A DNA stretch of 64,000 bases, from assembly GCA_951406725.2 (NCBI GenBank), contig OX597824.1, positions 87,668,001 to 87,732,000 on the forward strand, read 5' to 3'. Shown here in pieces: positions 1 through 12,923 of this stretch; the stretch's first letter is position 1; each line of letters starts with the position of its first letter. The DNA is from Octopus vulgaris. Its lineage: Eukaryota. The notes under the pieces are model-generated. The model searched no databases, had not been told where the DNA came from, and was given only the letters and a program-made list of their open reading frames with translations. The translations under genes were made by a program, and so were the position numbers.

Positions 1-431
1 TGCCTTTCCCTTGGATAACATCGGTGACGCGGAGAGGGGAGTTCGTATGCATGTTTCAGTCATGTGACTGTGGTCATGCTGGAGCACCACCTTTAGTCTA
101 GCAAATCGACCCCAGGACTGATTCTTTGTAAGCCTAGTACGGCGATTACTTATTCTATCGGTCACTTTTTGCCGAACCCGGAACCATGTGGTTCGTAAGC
201 AAGCTACTTACCACATAGCCACTCATACGCCTATACGTTTGTTAAACTTTCTTTCAACCTTTTCCCTTATTATATCTATTTCTCTGTTCATTTTCTCTCA
301 CTCTTTTTCTTCTTCATCTGTCTATCGCATTCTTTTTCATACACATTCTCTCTCTCTCTCTCTCTCATACTAAACAATCTTCCTCTCCTATATTTTCCCC
401 CTCATACGTTCACTATTTCTGCTTTGCTCTC

Positions 432-785
432 TTTTTCTCTTTTTACTTGTTTCGGTCATTTGACTGCAGCCATGCTGGAGCACCACATTTTAGTCGAGCA
501 AATCGACCCCGGGACTTATTCTTTGTAAGCCCCGCTCAGTGACGGGGACGTAAACACACCAGCATCGGTTGTCAAGCAATGCTAAGGGGACAAACACAGA
601 CACACACACATACATACATATATACGACAGGCTTCTTTCAGTTTCCGTCTACCATATCCACTCACAAGGCTTTGGTCGGCCCGGGGCTATAGCAGAAGAC
701 ACTTGCCCAAGGTGCCACGCAGCGGGACTGAACCCGAAACCATGTGGTTGGTTAGCAAGCTACTTACCACACAGCCACTCCTGCT
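432..785 (-). mobile_element. tRNA-derived CORE-type SINE (family A), near full length
   Basis: Reverse complement has A box TGGCTGTGTGG, B box GGTTCAGTCCC, CORE-like GCACCTTGGGCAAGT, a central (TA/TG)n and the tail GGTGCTCCAGCATGGC...GAAACAAGTAAAAAGAG; more than 20 copies in the window. Confidence 0.85.
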
Positions 786-800
786 ATTGTAAGTTTTGTT

Positions 801-1107
801 GGTAATACTTAAATACAGAGGTCTCTTAACGGTACTACTTAACTATAAAGGTCCCGACGCATCTACATAACCCTAACCCTAACCTTAAACATAAAAACTA
901 ACCCTAACGAGTGTGCCCTCTAAAAACATATCAGGTGAAAGTAAAGAACACGTACACCCGGTGGTTTAGGGTTAGGATTTAGGGATAGAGTTTAAGGTTT
1001 AGGGTTAAGATTTTTGTTACGCCGAAAACGGGGTGGTGTGCGTTTTCTTTACCTCCGCCACATATCGTTACGTAGATGCATCGGGACCTCTGAATGTAAG
1101 TAGTGCC
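801..1107. mobile_element. Non-autonomous TIR DNA transposon with internal telomere-like repeats (Merlin-like, tentative)
   Basis: ~41-bp imperfect inverted repeats at 831-871 and 1067-1107, a second partial left end at 801, CCCTAA-like runs on the left and TTAGGG-like runs on the right. Confidence 0.6.
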
Positions 1108-1746
1108 ATTTTGTATTCTTCTTTCTCTCACCGATTCTTTCGACCATTCTTTTCTCTTCGCTAGTTTGAGTTTCGGCTTCCTCCCTTGCTGTGGATAAAC
1201 CCTTAAATAATCCATTAGGTTTTTTTTTCAGCAGATACAGTCTCCCAGCTTAGTTTAATTCTCGGGAGGTAAGTATTTATATAAAAGGTCACTTATGTCG
1301 ATTCAATACAAGTGCTTATTGGTTTGGCATCACTGAGACGAAAAAGTGAAGTCAGCTGTGGTGGAATTTGAACTCAGATTGTAGATAAACGAGACCAAAT
1401 CTTGTAAAAGGATGTAATTTATCCTTCATAGAGTAATATCAAGTTACCATTCAGAAATCTGCTCCGACGAATTAGCTGAAACGGTAGAACGCCTTACAAT
1501 AATTAATGTTTTCCTTCAACATTTCTAATTCAAATCCAACCGTGGGTACTTTTGTCTTTTCTCTCTGGACGGGATGTGTTTTACTATATAAGATTAAGTT
1601 TCAATGGTGTATTTAGTGAAACCAGTCGCAATGGTCCTCACTCAAGATGCGGGACAAGTTCAAGATCCTCATTAAACTGTAACCGTAAATATGAATACTC
1701 ACAGTTACCTCCCTTAGACTGGTTTCATTTCTTATAGAACGTGACA

Positions 1747-2328
1747 TTTCTTTACTGCCCACAAGGGGCTAAACACAGAGGGGACAAACAAGGACAGACA
1801 AAGGGATTAAGTAGATTATATCGACCCCAGTGCGTAACTGGTACTTTATTTATCGACCCCGAAAGGATGAAAGGCAAAGTCGACCTCGGCGGAATTTGAA
1901 CTCACAACATAGAAGCAGACGAAATACCTCTTTCTTTACTACCCACAATGGGCTAAACACAGAGGGGACAAACAAACGGATTGAGTCGATTATATCGACC
2001 CCAGTGTGTAACTGGTACTTATTTAATAGACCCCGAAAAAATGAAAGGTACAGTCGACCTCGGCGGAATTTGAACGTAGAGGCAGACGAAATACCTATTT
2101 CTTTACTACCCACAAGGGGCTAAACACAGAGAGGACAAACAAGGACAGACAGACGGATTAAGTCGATTATATCGACTCCAGTGCGTAACTGGTACTTAAT
2201 TTAATCGACCCCAAAAGGATGAAAGGCAAAGTCGACCTCGGCGGAATTTGAACTCAGAACGTGGCGGCAGACGAAATATATCTAAGCATTTCGCCCGGCG
2301 TGCTAACGTTTCTGCCAGCTCGCCACCT
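1747..2328 (-). mobile_element. SINE family B (Deu/Nin-domain-like), three tandem partial copies
   Basis: Reverse complement contains GCCTTTCATCCTTTCGGGGTCGATAAA..AAGTACC and the tail GCCCCTTGTGGG(T/C)AGTAAAGAAA repeated three times. Confidence 0.8.
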
Positions 2329-2918
2329 TAGAACGTTTCTAATCTGTCCGAGATTGCATCGATTCTGTGGTACAAACTCTCTATTTATAAGTGATTTAAA
2401 TTAAAATTTCACGTTGATTTATATACTCCAAAACTTAGCTAGATGACGGTTTCAAATTTTGGCTCAAGGCCAGCAATTTCGGGGTAGGGGCTATGTCGAT
2501 TTCATCGATCCCAGTGCTTAACTGGTGCTATTGAGCCTGTAAAGATGAAAGGCAGAGTTGACCTCGGTGTAATTTGAACTCAGAACGTAAAGCCTGACGA
2601 AATGCTCCTAAGCATTTTCCCCCAGCGTGCTAACAATTCATCCAGCTCACCGCCTTAAATTAGTTAAATAATGATTTTATTGTACTATATTCTTCAAGAC
2701 GGAAAAAATTTTAAATTTTATTTCGATAAGGCTCAATAGTCTTACAAAATTAAATTAGAAAATTGGACAAAACAGAGAACACAATTGAAAAAAATTAAAA
2801 AGAAAAAAGAGAAATGGTAAAAATTACCTTTACTGAGACGAAGGGAAAAAAATTGAAGTCAAAATCCAAAAGAATTGAAGATTAACAGGTGCATGATAAT
2901 AGCAACCAGAAAATAGTT

Positions 2919-3272
2919 TACTCTTTTACTTGTTTCAGTCATTTGACTGTGGCCATGCTGGAGCACTGCTTTTAGTCGAGCAAATCGACCCCAGGACTTA
3001 TTCTTTGTAAGCCTAGTACTTATTCTATCAGTTACTTTTTGCCAAACCGCTAAGTTACAGGGATGTAAACACACCAGCATCGGACACACAACCATATGCA
3101 CATATATACGTTGGGCTTCTTTCAGTTTCCGTCTACCAAATCCACTCACAAGGCCTTGGTCGGCCCGAGGCTAGAGTAGAAGACACTTGCCCAAGGTGCC
3201 ACACAGTGGTAATGAACCCGGAACCATGTGATTGGTAAGCAAGCTACTTACCACACAGCCACTCCTACACCT
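2919..3272 (-). mobile_element. SINE family A
   Basis: Head and tail match the other family A copies. Confidence 0.85.
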
Positions 3273-3580
3273 ATATAGGAAATGTCTGAAATGAGTGAAG
3301 TAAGTTAGTGATACATATCTGGGTTGTTTAACATTTTGAATTTATTGTTTAGTTCCAGGTCAGATATCATCAAGTAGTTTATTATCAAAAGCATTCTAGC
3401 CTTAAACCTCTCATTATAAAAATTTATTTATTTGTATACTTAGGACTAAATTGTCTGTGCTCTTTTTGTTTTAAGATAGTAGGGTGTAATTTGCTGGAAT
3501 TTAGCTTCTGTTTCTAAAAGGCCCACTGGCTACATAAATGCTCCATCGTTGGCTGGACTATTTGATGTATATTTAATATA

Positions 3581-5520
3581 GGCGCAGGAGTGGCTGTGTG
3601 GTAAGGAGCTTGCTTACCAATCACGTGGTTCCGGGTTCAGTCCCACTGCGTGGCACCTTGGGCAAGTGTCTTCTACTATAGCCTTGTGAGTGGATTTGGT
3701 AGATGGAAACTGAAAGAAGCCTATCGTATATATATATCATCATCATCATCGTTTAACGTCCGCTTTCCGCGCTAGCACGGGTTGGACGGTTCGACCGGGT
3801 CTGGGAAGCCAGGGGCCGCTCCAGGCTCCAGTCTGAATCTGGCAGAGTTTCTACGGCTGGATGCCCTTCCTAATGCCAACCACTCCGTGAGTGGATTGGG
3901 TGCTTTTTACGTGCCACCTGCACAGGGGCCGGAGGGTCCGGCATCGGTCACGATCGGTTCGAGCATTTTAACATGTCAGCGGCACGGGGGCAACGAGGTC
4001 CGGGGTACTTTGGGGATCGGGGTACTTTGGGGATCCAGGGTACTTTGGGGATCCGGGGTACTTAGAATGGGTAGGGGGTATGTGGAATTGCTGCAGAAAG
4101 CAGCCCGGGTCTTTGTAGTCACAGCATATCTCCAGAGATCTCGGTCCTTCGCCATTGCCTCAGTGATGCCCAATGCTCTGAGGTCATGCTTGACCACCTC
4201 ATCCCATGTCTTCCTGGGTCTACCTCTCCCCCTGATACCTTCAACTGTTTGGGAGTGGCACTTCTTCACACATCTCTCTTCATCCATCCGCAGCACATGA
4301 CCATACCATCGCAAGCGTCGCTCTTGCACACCACATCTGATGCTTCTTATATCCAGCATTTCTCTCAGGATGCTTACACTCTGTCTTGCGTGCACACTGA
4401 CACTACACATCCAGCGGATCATGCTAGCTTCATTTCTTTCAAGTCTACGCATGTCTTCTGCAGTCACAGCCCAAGTTTCATTACCGTGAAGCATGGCAGT
4501 TCGCACACATGCATCATACAATCTACCTTTTGCTCTGAGGGAGAGACCTTTTGTTGCCAGTAGGGGTAGGAGCTTTCTGAACTTTGCCCAGGCTATTCGT
4601 ATTCTAGTGGTGATACTCTCTGTGCATCCACCTCCGCTACTAACTTGGTCACCCAGGTAACGGAAACTATCAACTACTTCTAGTTTCTCTCCCTGGAGTG
4701 TGATGGAATCTGTTTTCTGAGTGTCTGTTGTGTCTATTGTCCCTGTGCATCTGCCGCACATGAAAGCTATCTTATCTGTTAATTTCCCTTTAATGTTGCT
4801 GCACCTCTTATGTGTCCATAACTTACATTGGGTGCATCTTATGGAGTTTCTACCTGTACCTTTCCTACAGGTTGAGCAGGGCCACCTACCCGAGAGGATG
4901 TGTGCTGAGTACCTCTTGCTGCTTACTAATACTTTGGTCTTTGCTACATTTATTCTAAGGCCCTTTGATTCCAACCCTTGCTTCCACACCCGAAATTTCT
5001 CTTCTAGTTCCGGTAGTGATTCTGCTATGAGAGCTAGGTCATCGGCATAGAGGAGCTCCCAGGGGCATCCTGTTTTGAATTCCTCTGTTATTGCCTGAAG
5101 GACTATGATGAATAAAAGGGGACTGAGGGCTGAGCCCTGGTGCACACCTACTTCTACCCGGAATTCTTCACTATATTCGTTGCCAATCCTAACCTTGCTG
5201 ACAGCCTCTCTGTATAGAGCCTGTACAGACCTTATTAGCCATTCTTCAATCTCCAGTTTCCGCATCGACCACCAGATAAGGGATACGTATATATATGTAT
5301 GTATGTGTGTGTGTATATGTTTGTCTGTGTTTGTCCCCTCAACATCACTGGACAACTAGTGTGTTTACGTCCCCCGTAACTTAGCGGTTTGGTAAAAGAG
5401 ACCAATAGAATAAGTACTGGGCTTACAAAGATAAAGTCCTGGTGTTGATTTGCTCGACTAAAAGGTGGTGTTCCAGCATGGCCACAGTCAAATGACTGAA
5501 ACAACTAAAAGAGTAAAAGA
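3581..5520 (+). mobile_element. SINE family A split by an RTE LINE insertion
   Basis: Head 3581-3735 and tail ~5289-5520 are contiguous halves of the consensus, interrupted at the central (TA)n. Confidence 0.85.
3737..5283 (-). mobile_element. 5'-truncated RTE-clade LINE (RT C-terminal half, 3' UTR, (GAT)n tail)
   Basis: ORF 3976-5355 has GVHQGSALSPLLF, LLYADD, FRYLG, HGNETW, RLRWYGHV and RGRGRPRKTW motifs; its first ~24 codons come from the host SINE. Confidence 0.93.
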
Positions 5521-5879
5521 ATGTATATTGGGGTGACAGTTTCATTGTGTAGTTATCTAAATGACACTTATAAAGGAAGTCTGCCTTCTTGACATCAACT
5601 GTCTTCCCCCAGAAGACCTACACACGGTTGACATTTACATGATGTAATCTCTCTAGTCAACTTCTTAAGTATATTTATTATCTTGTTGATATCAGAACCC
5701 TACTGATTACAACAAGGTAGCTTCTACCTAGGGGGCAATGTCATTTCAGGTGTACAAGCAAGGCAAGATGGTCATAGCTGGACTGCTTGTAACAAGTAAG
5801 ATGTAACGAGTTAAGAATATCTGGATATAAGGAAATGAATGGAAAGACAGGCTATGCTTATTACAGATTTTATTCAATA

Positions 5880-6048
5880 GGCGCAGGAGTTGCTGTGTGG
5901 TAAGTAGCTTGCTTACCAACCACATGGTTCCGGGTTCAGTCCCACTGCGTGGCACCTTGGGCAAGTGTCTTCTACTATAGCCTTGGGCCAACCAAAGCCT
6001 TGTGAGTGGATTTGGAAGACGGAAACTGAAAGAAGCTCATCGTATATA

Positions 6049-6089
<41 letters not shown>

Positions 6090-6297
6090 GCATGTATGTA
6101 TGTTTGTGTGTCTGTATTTGTCCCCCCAATATTGCTTGACAACCGATGCTGGTGTGTTTACATCCCAGTCAATTAGCAGTTCAGCGAGAGAGACCGATAG
6201 AATAAGTACTAGGCTTACAAAGAATAAGTCCTGGGGCTTGATTTGCTGACTAAAGGCGGTGTCTCCAGCATGGCCACAGTCAAATGACTGAAACAAA
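5880..6297 (+). mobile_element. SINE family A, full length
   Basis: Head, central microsatellite and tail all present. Confidence 0.88.
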
Positions 6298-6600
6298 AAA
6301 TAGTTATGTAGTTACCACAACAGCAATGATTTGGAAGAAAACACAAAGGTTTGTTGAGCGCTGATTGATTGTTTGCATCGAAAATCCCTTGTTTTGTCCT
6401 CATTGAAGTTTGCCACTAAGTGTGTAGGAACAAGGAAAAGAAAGGGTTCAAGGCTCACACAAAATATGTTTGTTTTTTGTTTGTGTGTCTGTGTGAAAAC
6501 TGAACTTCAGCTTAGGTGCTAAAAGTGACAGTAAAGTGTCTGAAATCACAGAAGGAGCTGATGTTATTTTACAGGTGTTATGAATAAATACCTGTGTTAA

Positions 6601-9600
6601 CCCTTTTGTTACTAACCCAGCTGAAACCGGCTCTGGTTCTGTAGTACAAATGTCTTGTTTTCATAAGTTCTGAATTAAAATTTCCCACCACACCTTAGTC
6701 ACAATTTATGTTCCTAACACTAGCTGAATGATAACTTAAGTTATTTTACTAAATTCTTTGTTATATTTAAAGTAATTGAAAGAAACACAGAGCATCTCAA
6801 ATGGCTGAAACCGGCTCTGGCTCTGTGGTACAAATGTCTTGTTTTCATAAGTTCTGAATTAAAATCTTCCACCACACCTTAGTCACAATTTATGTTCCTA
6901 ACACTAGCTGAATGATAACTTAAGTTATTTTACTAAATTCTTTGTTATATTTAAAGTAATTGAAAGAAACAGAAATGCACAGACTAGCATCTCAAATGGC
7001 TGAAACCGGCTCTGGCTCTGTGGTACAAATGTCTTGTTTTCATAAGTTCTGAATTAAAATTTCCCACCACACCTTAGTCACAATTTATGTTCCTAACACT
7101 AGCTGAATGATAACTTAAGTTATTTTACTAAATTCTTTGTTATATTTAAAGTAATTGAAAGAAACACAAGCATCTCAAATGGCTGAAACCGGCTCTGGCT
7201 CTGTGGTACAAATGTCTTGTTTTCATAAGTTCTGAATTAAAATTTCCCACCACACCTTAGTCACAATTTATGTTCCTAACACTAGCTGAATGATAACTTA
7301 AGTTATTTTACTAAATTCTTTGTTATATTTAAAGTAATTGAAAGAAACACAAGCATCTCAAATGGCTGAAACCGGCTCTGGCTCTGTGGTACAAATGTCT
7401 TGTTTTCATAAGTTCTGAATTAAAATTTCCCACCACACCTTAGTCACAATTTATGTTCCTAACACTAGCTGAATGATAACTTAAGTTATTTTACTAAATT
7501 CTTTGTTATATTTAAAGTAATTGAAAGAAACACAAGCATCTCAAATGGCTGAAACCGGCTCTGGCTCTGTGGTACAAATGTCTTGTTTTCATAAGTTCTG
7601 AATTAAAATTTCCCACCACACCTTAGTCACAATTTATGTTCCTAACACTAGCTGAATGATAACTTAAGTTATTTTACTAAATTCTTTGTTATATTTAAAG
7701 TAATTGAAAGAAACACAAGCATCTCAAATGGCTGAAACCGGCTCTGGCTCTGTGGTACAAATGTCTTGTTTTCATAAGTTCTGAATTAAAATTTCCCACC
7801 ACACCTTAGTCACAATTTATGTTCCTAACACTAGCTGAATGATAACTTAAGTTATTTTACTAAATTCTTTGTTATATTTAAAGTAATTGAAAGAAACACA
7901 GCATCTCAAATGGCTGAAACCGGCTCTGGCTCTGTGGTACAAATGTCTTGTTTTCATAAGTTCTGAATTAAAATTTCCCACCACACCTTAGTCACAATTT
8001 ATGTTCCTAACACTAGCTGAATGATAACTTAAGTTATTTTACTAAATTCTTTGTTATATTTAAAGTAATTGAAAGAAACACAGAGCATCTCAAATGGCTG
8101 AAACCGGCTCTGGCTCTGTGGTACAAATGTCTTGTTTTCATAAGTTCTGAATTAAAATTTCCCACCACACCTTAGTCACAATTTATGTTCCTAACACTAG
8201 CTGAATGATAACTTAAGTTATTTTACTAAATTCTTTGTTATATTTAAAGTAATTGAAAGAAACACAGCATCTCAAATGGCTGAAACCGGCTCTGGCTCTG
8301 TGGTACAAATGTCTTGTTTTCATAAGTTCTGAATTAAAATTTCCCACCACACCTTAGTCACAATTTATGTTCCTAATACTAGCTGAATGATAACTTAAGT
8401 TATTTTACTAAATTCTTTGTTATATTTAAAGTAATTGAAAGAAACACAGAGCATCTCAAATGGCTGAAACCGGCTCTGGCTCTGTGGTACAAATGTCTTG
8501 TTTTCATAAGTTCTGAATTAAAATTTCCCACCACACCTTAGTCACAATTTATGTTCCTAACACTAGCTGAATGATAACTAAGTTATTTTACTAAATTCTT
8601 TGTTATATTTAAAGTAATTGAAAGAAACACAGAGCATCTCAAATGGCTGAAACCGGCTCTGGCTCTGTGGTACAAATGTCTTGTTTTCATAAGTTCTGAA
8701 TTAAAATTTCCCACCACACCTTAGTCACAATTTATGTTCCTAACACTAGCTGAATGATAACTTAAGTTATTTTACTAAATTCTTTGTTATATTTAAAGTA
8801 ATTGAAAGAAACACAGAGCATCTCAAATGGCTGAAACCGGCTCTGGCTCTGTGGTACAAATGTCTTGTTTTCATAAGTTCTGAATTAAAATTTCCCACCA
8901 CACCTTAGTCACAATTTATGTTCCTAACACTAGCTGAATGATAACTTAAGTTATTTTACTAAATTCTTTGTTATATTTAAAGTAATTGAAAGAAACACAA
9001 GCATCTCAAATGGCTGAAACCGGCTCTGGCTCTGTGGTACAAATGTCTTGTTTTCATAAGTTCTGAATTAAAATTTCCCACCACACCTTAGTCACAATTT
9101 ATGTTCCTAACACTAGCTGAATGATAACTTAAGTTATTTTACTAAATTCTTTGTTATATTTAAAGTAATTGAAAGAAACACAGAGCATCTCAAATGGCTG
9201 AAACCGGCTCTGGCTCTGTGGTACAAATGTCTTGTTTTCATAAGTTCTGAATTAAAATTTCCCACCACACCTTAGTCACAATTTATGTTCCTAACACTAG
9301 CTGAATGATAACTTAAGTTATTTTACTAAATTCTTTGTTATATTTAAAGTAATTGAAAGAAACACAGCATCTCAAATGGCTGAAACCGGCTCTGGCTCTG
9401 TGGTACAAATGTCTTGTTTTCATAAGTTCTGAATTAAAATTTCCCACCAAACCTTAGTCACAATTTATGTTCCTAACACTAGCTGAATGATAACTTAAGT
9501 TATTTTACTAAATTCTTTGTTATATTTAAAGTAATTGAAAGAAACACAAGCATCTCAAATGGCTGAAACCGGCTCTGGCTCTGTGGTACAAATGTCTTGT

Positions 9601-11659
9601 TTTCATAAGTTCTGAATTAAAATTTCCCACCACACCTTAGTCACAATTTATGTTCCTAACACTAGCTGAATGATAACTTAAGTTATTTTACTAAATTCTT
9701 TGTTATATTTAAAGTAATTGAAAGAAACACAGAGCATCTCAAATGGCTGAAACCGGCTCTGGCTCTGTGGTACAAATGTCTTGTTTTCATAAGTTCTGAA
9801 TTAAAATTTCCCACCACACCTTAGTCACAATTTATGTTCCTAACACTAGCTGAATGATAACTTAAGTTATTTTACTAAATTCTTTGTTATATTTAAAGTA
9901 ATTGAAAGAAACACAGAGCATCTCAAATGGCTGAAACCGGCTCTGGCTCTGTGGTACAAATGTCTTGTTTTCATAAGTTCTGAATTAAAATTTCCACCAC
10001 ACCTTAGTCACAATTTATGTTCCTAACACTAGCTGAATGATAACACAAGCATCTCAAATGGCTGAAACTTCGGTCTGAGTACAAATGTCTTGTTTTCATA
10101 AGTTTGAATAAATCTTCCACCAAACCTTAGTCACAATTTATGTTTAAAGTAATTGAAAGAAACACTCTCAAATGGCTGAAACCGGCTCTGGCTCTGTGGT
10201 ACAAATGTCTTGTTTTCATAAGTTCTGAATTAAAATTTCCCACCACACCTTAGTCACAATTTATGTTCCTAACACTAGCTGAATGATAACTTAAGTTATT
10301 TTACTAAATTCTTTGTTATATTTAAAGTAATTGAAAGAAACACCTAGCATCTCAAATGGCTGAAACCGGCTCTGGCTCTGTGGTACAAATGTCTTGTTTT
10401 CATAAGTTCTGAATTAAAATTTCCCACCACACCTTAGTCACAATTTATGTTCCTAACACTAGCTGAATGATAACTTAAGTTATTTTACTAAATTCTTTGT
10501 TATATTTAAAGTAATTGAAAGAAACACAAGCATCTCAAATGGCTGAAACCGGCTCTGGCTCTGTGGTACAAATGTCTTGTTTTCATAAGTTCTGAATTAA
10601 AATTTCCCACCACACCTTAGTCACAATTTATGTTCCTAACACTAGCTGAATGATAACTTAAGTTATTTTACTAAATTCTTTGTTATATTTAAAGTAATTG
10701 AAAGAAACACAGAGCATCTCAAATGGCTGAAACCGGCTCTGGCTCTGTGGTACAAATGTCTTGTTTTCATAAGTTCTGAATTAAAATTTCCCACCACACC
10801 TTAGTCACAATTTATGTTCCTAACACTAGCTGAATGATAACTTAAGTTATTTTACTAAATTCTTTGTTATATTTAAAGTAATTGAAAGAAACACCTAGCA
10901 TCTCAAATGGCTGAAACCGGCTCTGGCTCTGTGGTACAAATGTCTTGTTTTCATAAGTTCTGAATTAAAATTTCCCACCACACCTTAGTCACAATTTATG
11001 TTCCTAACACTAGCTGAATGATAACTTAAGTTATTTTACTAAATTCTTTGTTATATTTAAAGTAATTGAAAGAAACACAGAGCATCTCAAATGGCTGAAA
11101 CCGGCTCTGGCTCTGTGGTACAAATGTCTTGTTTTCATAAGTTCTGAATTAAAATTTCCCACCACACCTTAGTCACAATTTATGTTCCTAACACTAGCTG
11201 AATGATAACTTAAGTTATTTTACTAAATTCTTTGTTATATTTAAAGTAATTGAAAGAAACACAGAGCATCTCAAATGGCTGAAACCGGTTCTGGTTCTGT
11301 GGTACAAATGTCTTGTTTTCATAAGTTCTGAATTAAAATTTCCCACCACACCTTAGTCACAATTTATGTTCCTAACACTAGCTGAATGATAACTTAAGTT
11401 ATTTTACTAAATTCTTTGTTATATTTAAAGTAATTGAAAGAAACACAGAGCATCTCAAATGGCTGAAACCGGTTCTGGTTCTGTAGTACAAATGTCTTGT
11501 TTTCATAAGTTTTGAATTAAGATCTTCCACCAAACTTTAGTCACAATTTATGTTCCTAACACTAGCTGAATGATAACCAAGTTATTTTACTAAATTCTTT
11601 GTTATATTTAAAGTAATTGAAAGAAACACAGAGCATCTCAAAATAGAGTAACGAAAGGG
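6601..11659. repeat. Tandem array of about 28 units of ~183 bp inside a piggyBac-type MITE
   Basis: TTAA 6597-6600, then CCCTTTTGTTAC; ends GTAACGAAAGGG, then TTAA 11660-11663; units counted by eye from the recurring GCTGAAAC. Confidence 0.93.
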
Positions 11660-11767
11660 TTAAAGCTGAAATAGTTCACTGAAATTTGAATGGGATGAAT
11701 TCATTCACCTCCGCCAACAATGACGGCAAGTTTAATAAGGTAAACTAACAGATTTTGAAAATGCTCA

Positions 11768-12183
11768 GGCGCCGGAGTGGCTGTGTGGTAAGTAGCTTGC
11801 TAATCAACCACATGGTTCCGGGTTCAGTCCCACTGCATGGCATCTTGGGCAAGTGTCTTCTGCTATAGCCTCGGGCTGACCAATGCCTTGTGAGTGGATT
11901 TGGTAGACGGAAACTGAAAGAAGCCTGTCGTATATATGTATATATATATATATGTGTGTGTGTATGTGTTTGTGTGTCTGTGTTTGTCCCCCAAGCATTG
12001 CTTGACAACCGATGCTGGTGTGTTTATGTCCCCGTTACTTAGCAGTTCGGCAAAAGAGACCAATAGAATAAGTACTAGGCTTACAAAGAATAAGTCCTGG
12101 GGTCGATTTGCTCAACTAAAGTCGGTGCTCCAGCATGGCCGCAGTCAAATGACTGAAACAAGTAAAAGAGTAAAGAGAGAGTA
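11768..12183 (+). mobile_element. SINE family A, full length
   Basis: Head to GTAAAAGAG tail. Confidence 0.88.
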
Positions 12184-12574
12184 ATGTGAGGACAATGGAA
12201 ATAAGCATGAAGATTGCGGTTTCAATCTCTGGTCATGAATCCTTTGTATATATCCTACATACCTTTAATTAGAGTTCTAATTGGTTAGGGAAGACCTGGA
12301 GTTAAGCAACAATGACCAATTAAACTTAGTTTCTTGTAAAGTACAGATATACAGTTATGTCATATTTGATATGTTGTATTGATGTGTAGCATGCAGCCAT
12401 TTGAACAGTGGCACCAATTTGTGGCAGCTGGTAATAGGACATGATGTCGTATTGCTGAGGAAATATGTCCTTCTTGCAGCTGGAGCTCTTATTAGCTGCA
12501 AAATTTAGTAGCCTTCAGTACAGCACACATCAGCAAACCCTCTACCTCTACCACAGGCAGAATGTTTGCTCTAA

Positions 12575-12900
12575 CCATCATCAGAAAGAAGAAAACAAGT
12601 TATGATTCAATCTGGTCCAAACCATCAACCCATTTCTATCAACAGCTCCACACACAAAGTGGAAGATAATTTCACATATCTAGGTCCTATCACAACCCAC
12701 AAAATTGTCTCTAACCGTTGAGCTTAATGTGTGGAATGGAAACACAACTCCTGCAGTGACTAAACTCAACAACAGAATCAGTAAAAGCAAAAATCTTTAT
12801 ATGAATTCCAAGCTGAAAAGTTTATCTGGCTTATGTCAACAGAACTCTTCTATACGGAGGTGAAACATGGACAACACATGTCAGACAAGAAATGAATAAC
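12575..12900 (+). pseudogene. Degraded RTE-like LINE RT C-terminal fragment
   Basis: Frameshifted translations include VEDNFTYLG and TLLYGGETWT. Confidence 0.65.
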
Positions 12901-12923
12901 TGTTCTACACTAACAGAGTGAGT

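Noticed and set aside
868-1010. True telomere or chromosome fusion site
   Set aside because: The repeats are short, degenerate and enclosed by TIRs; the CCCTAA then TTAGGG order is opposite to an end-to-end fusion
3782-5359. Plus-strand ORFs overlapping the LINE
   Set aside because: Antisense shadows of the RT frame and its UTR
6601-11659. CRISPR-like array
   Set aside because: Units are contiguous ~183-bp repeats with no unique spacers, there are no cas genes, and the context is eukaryotic
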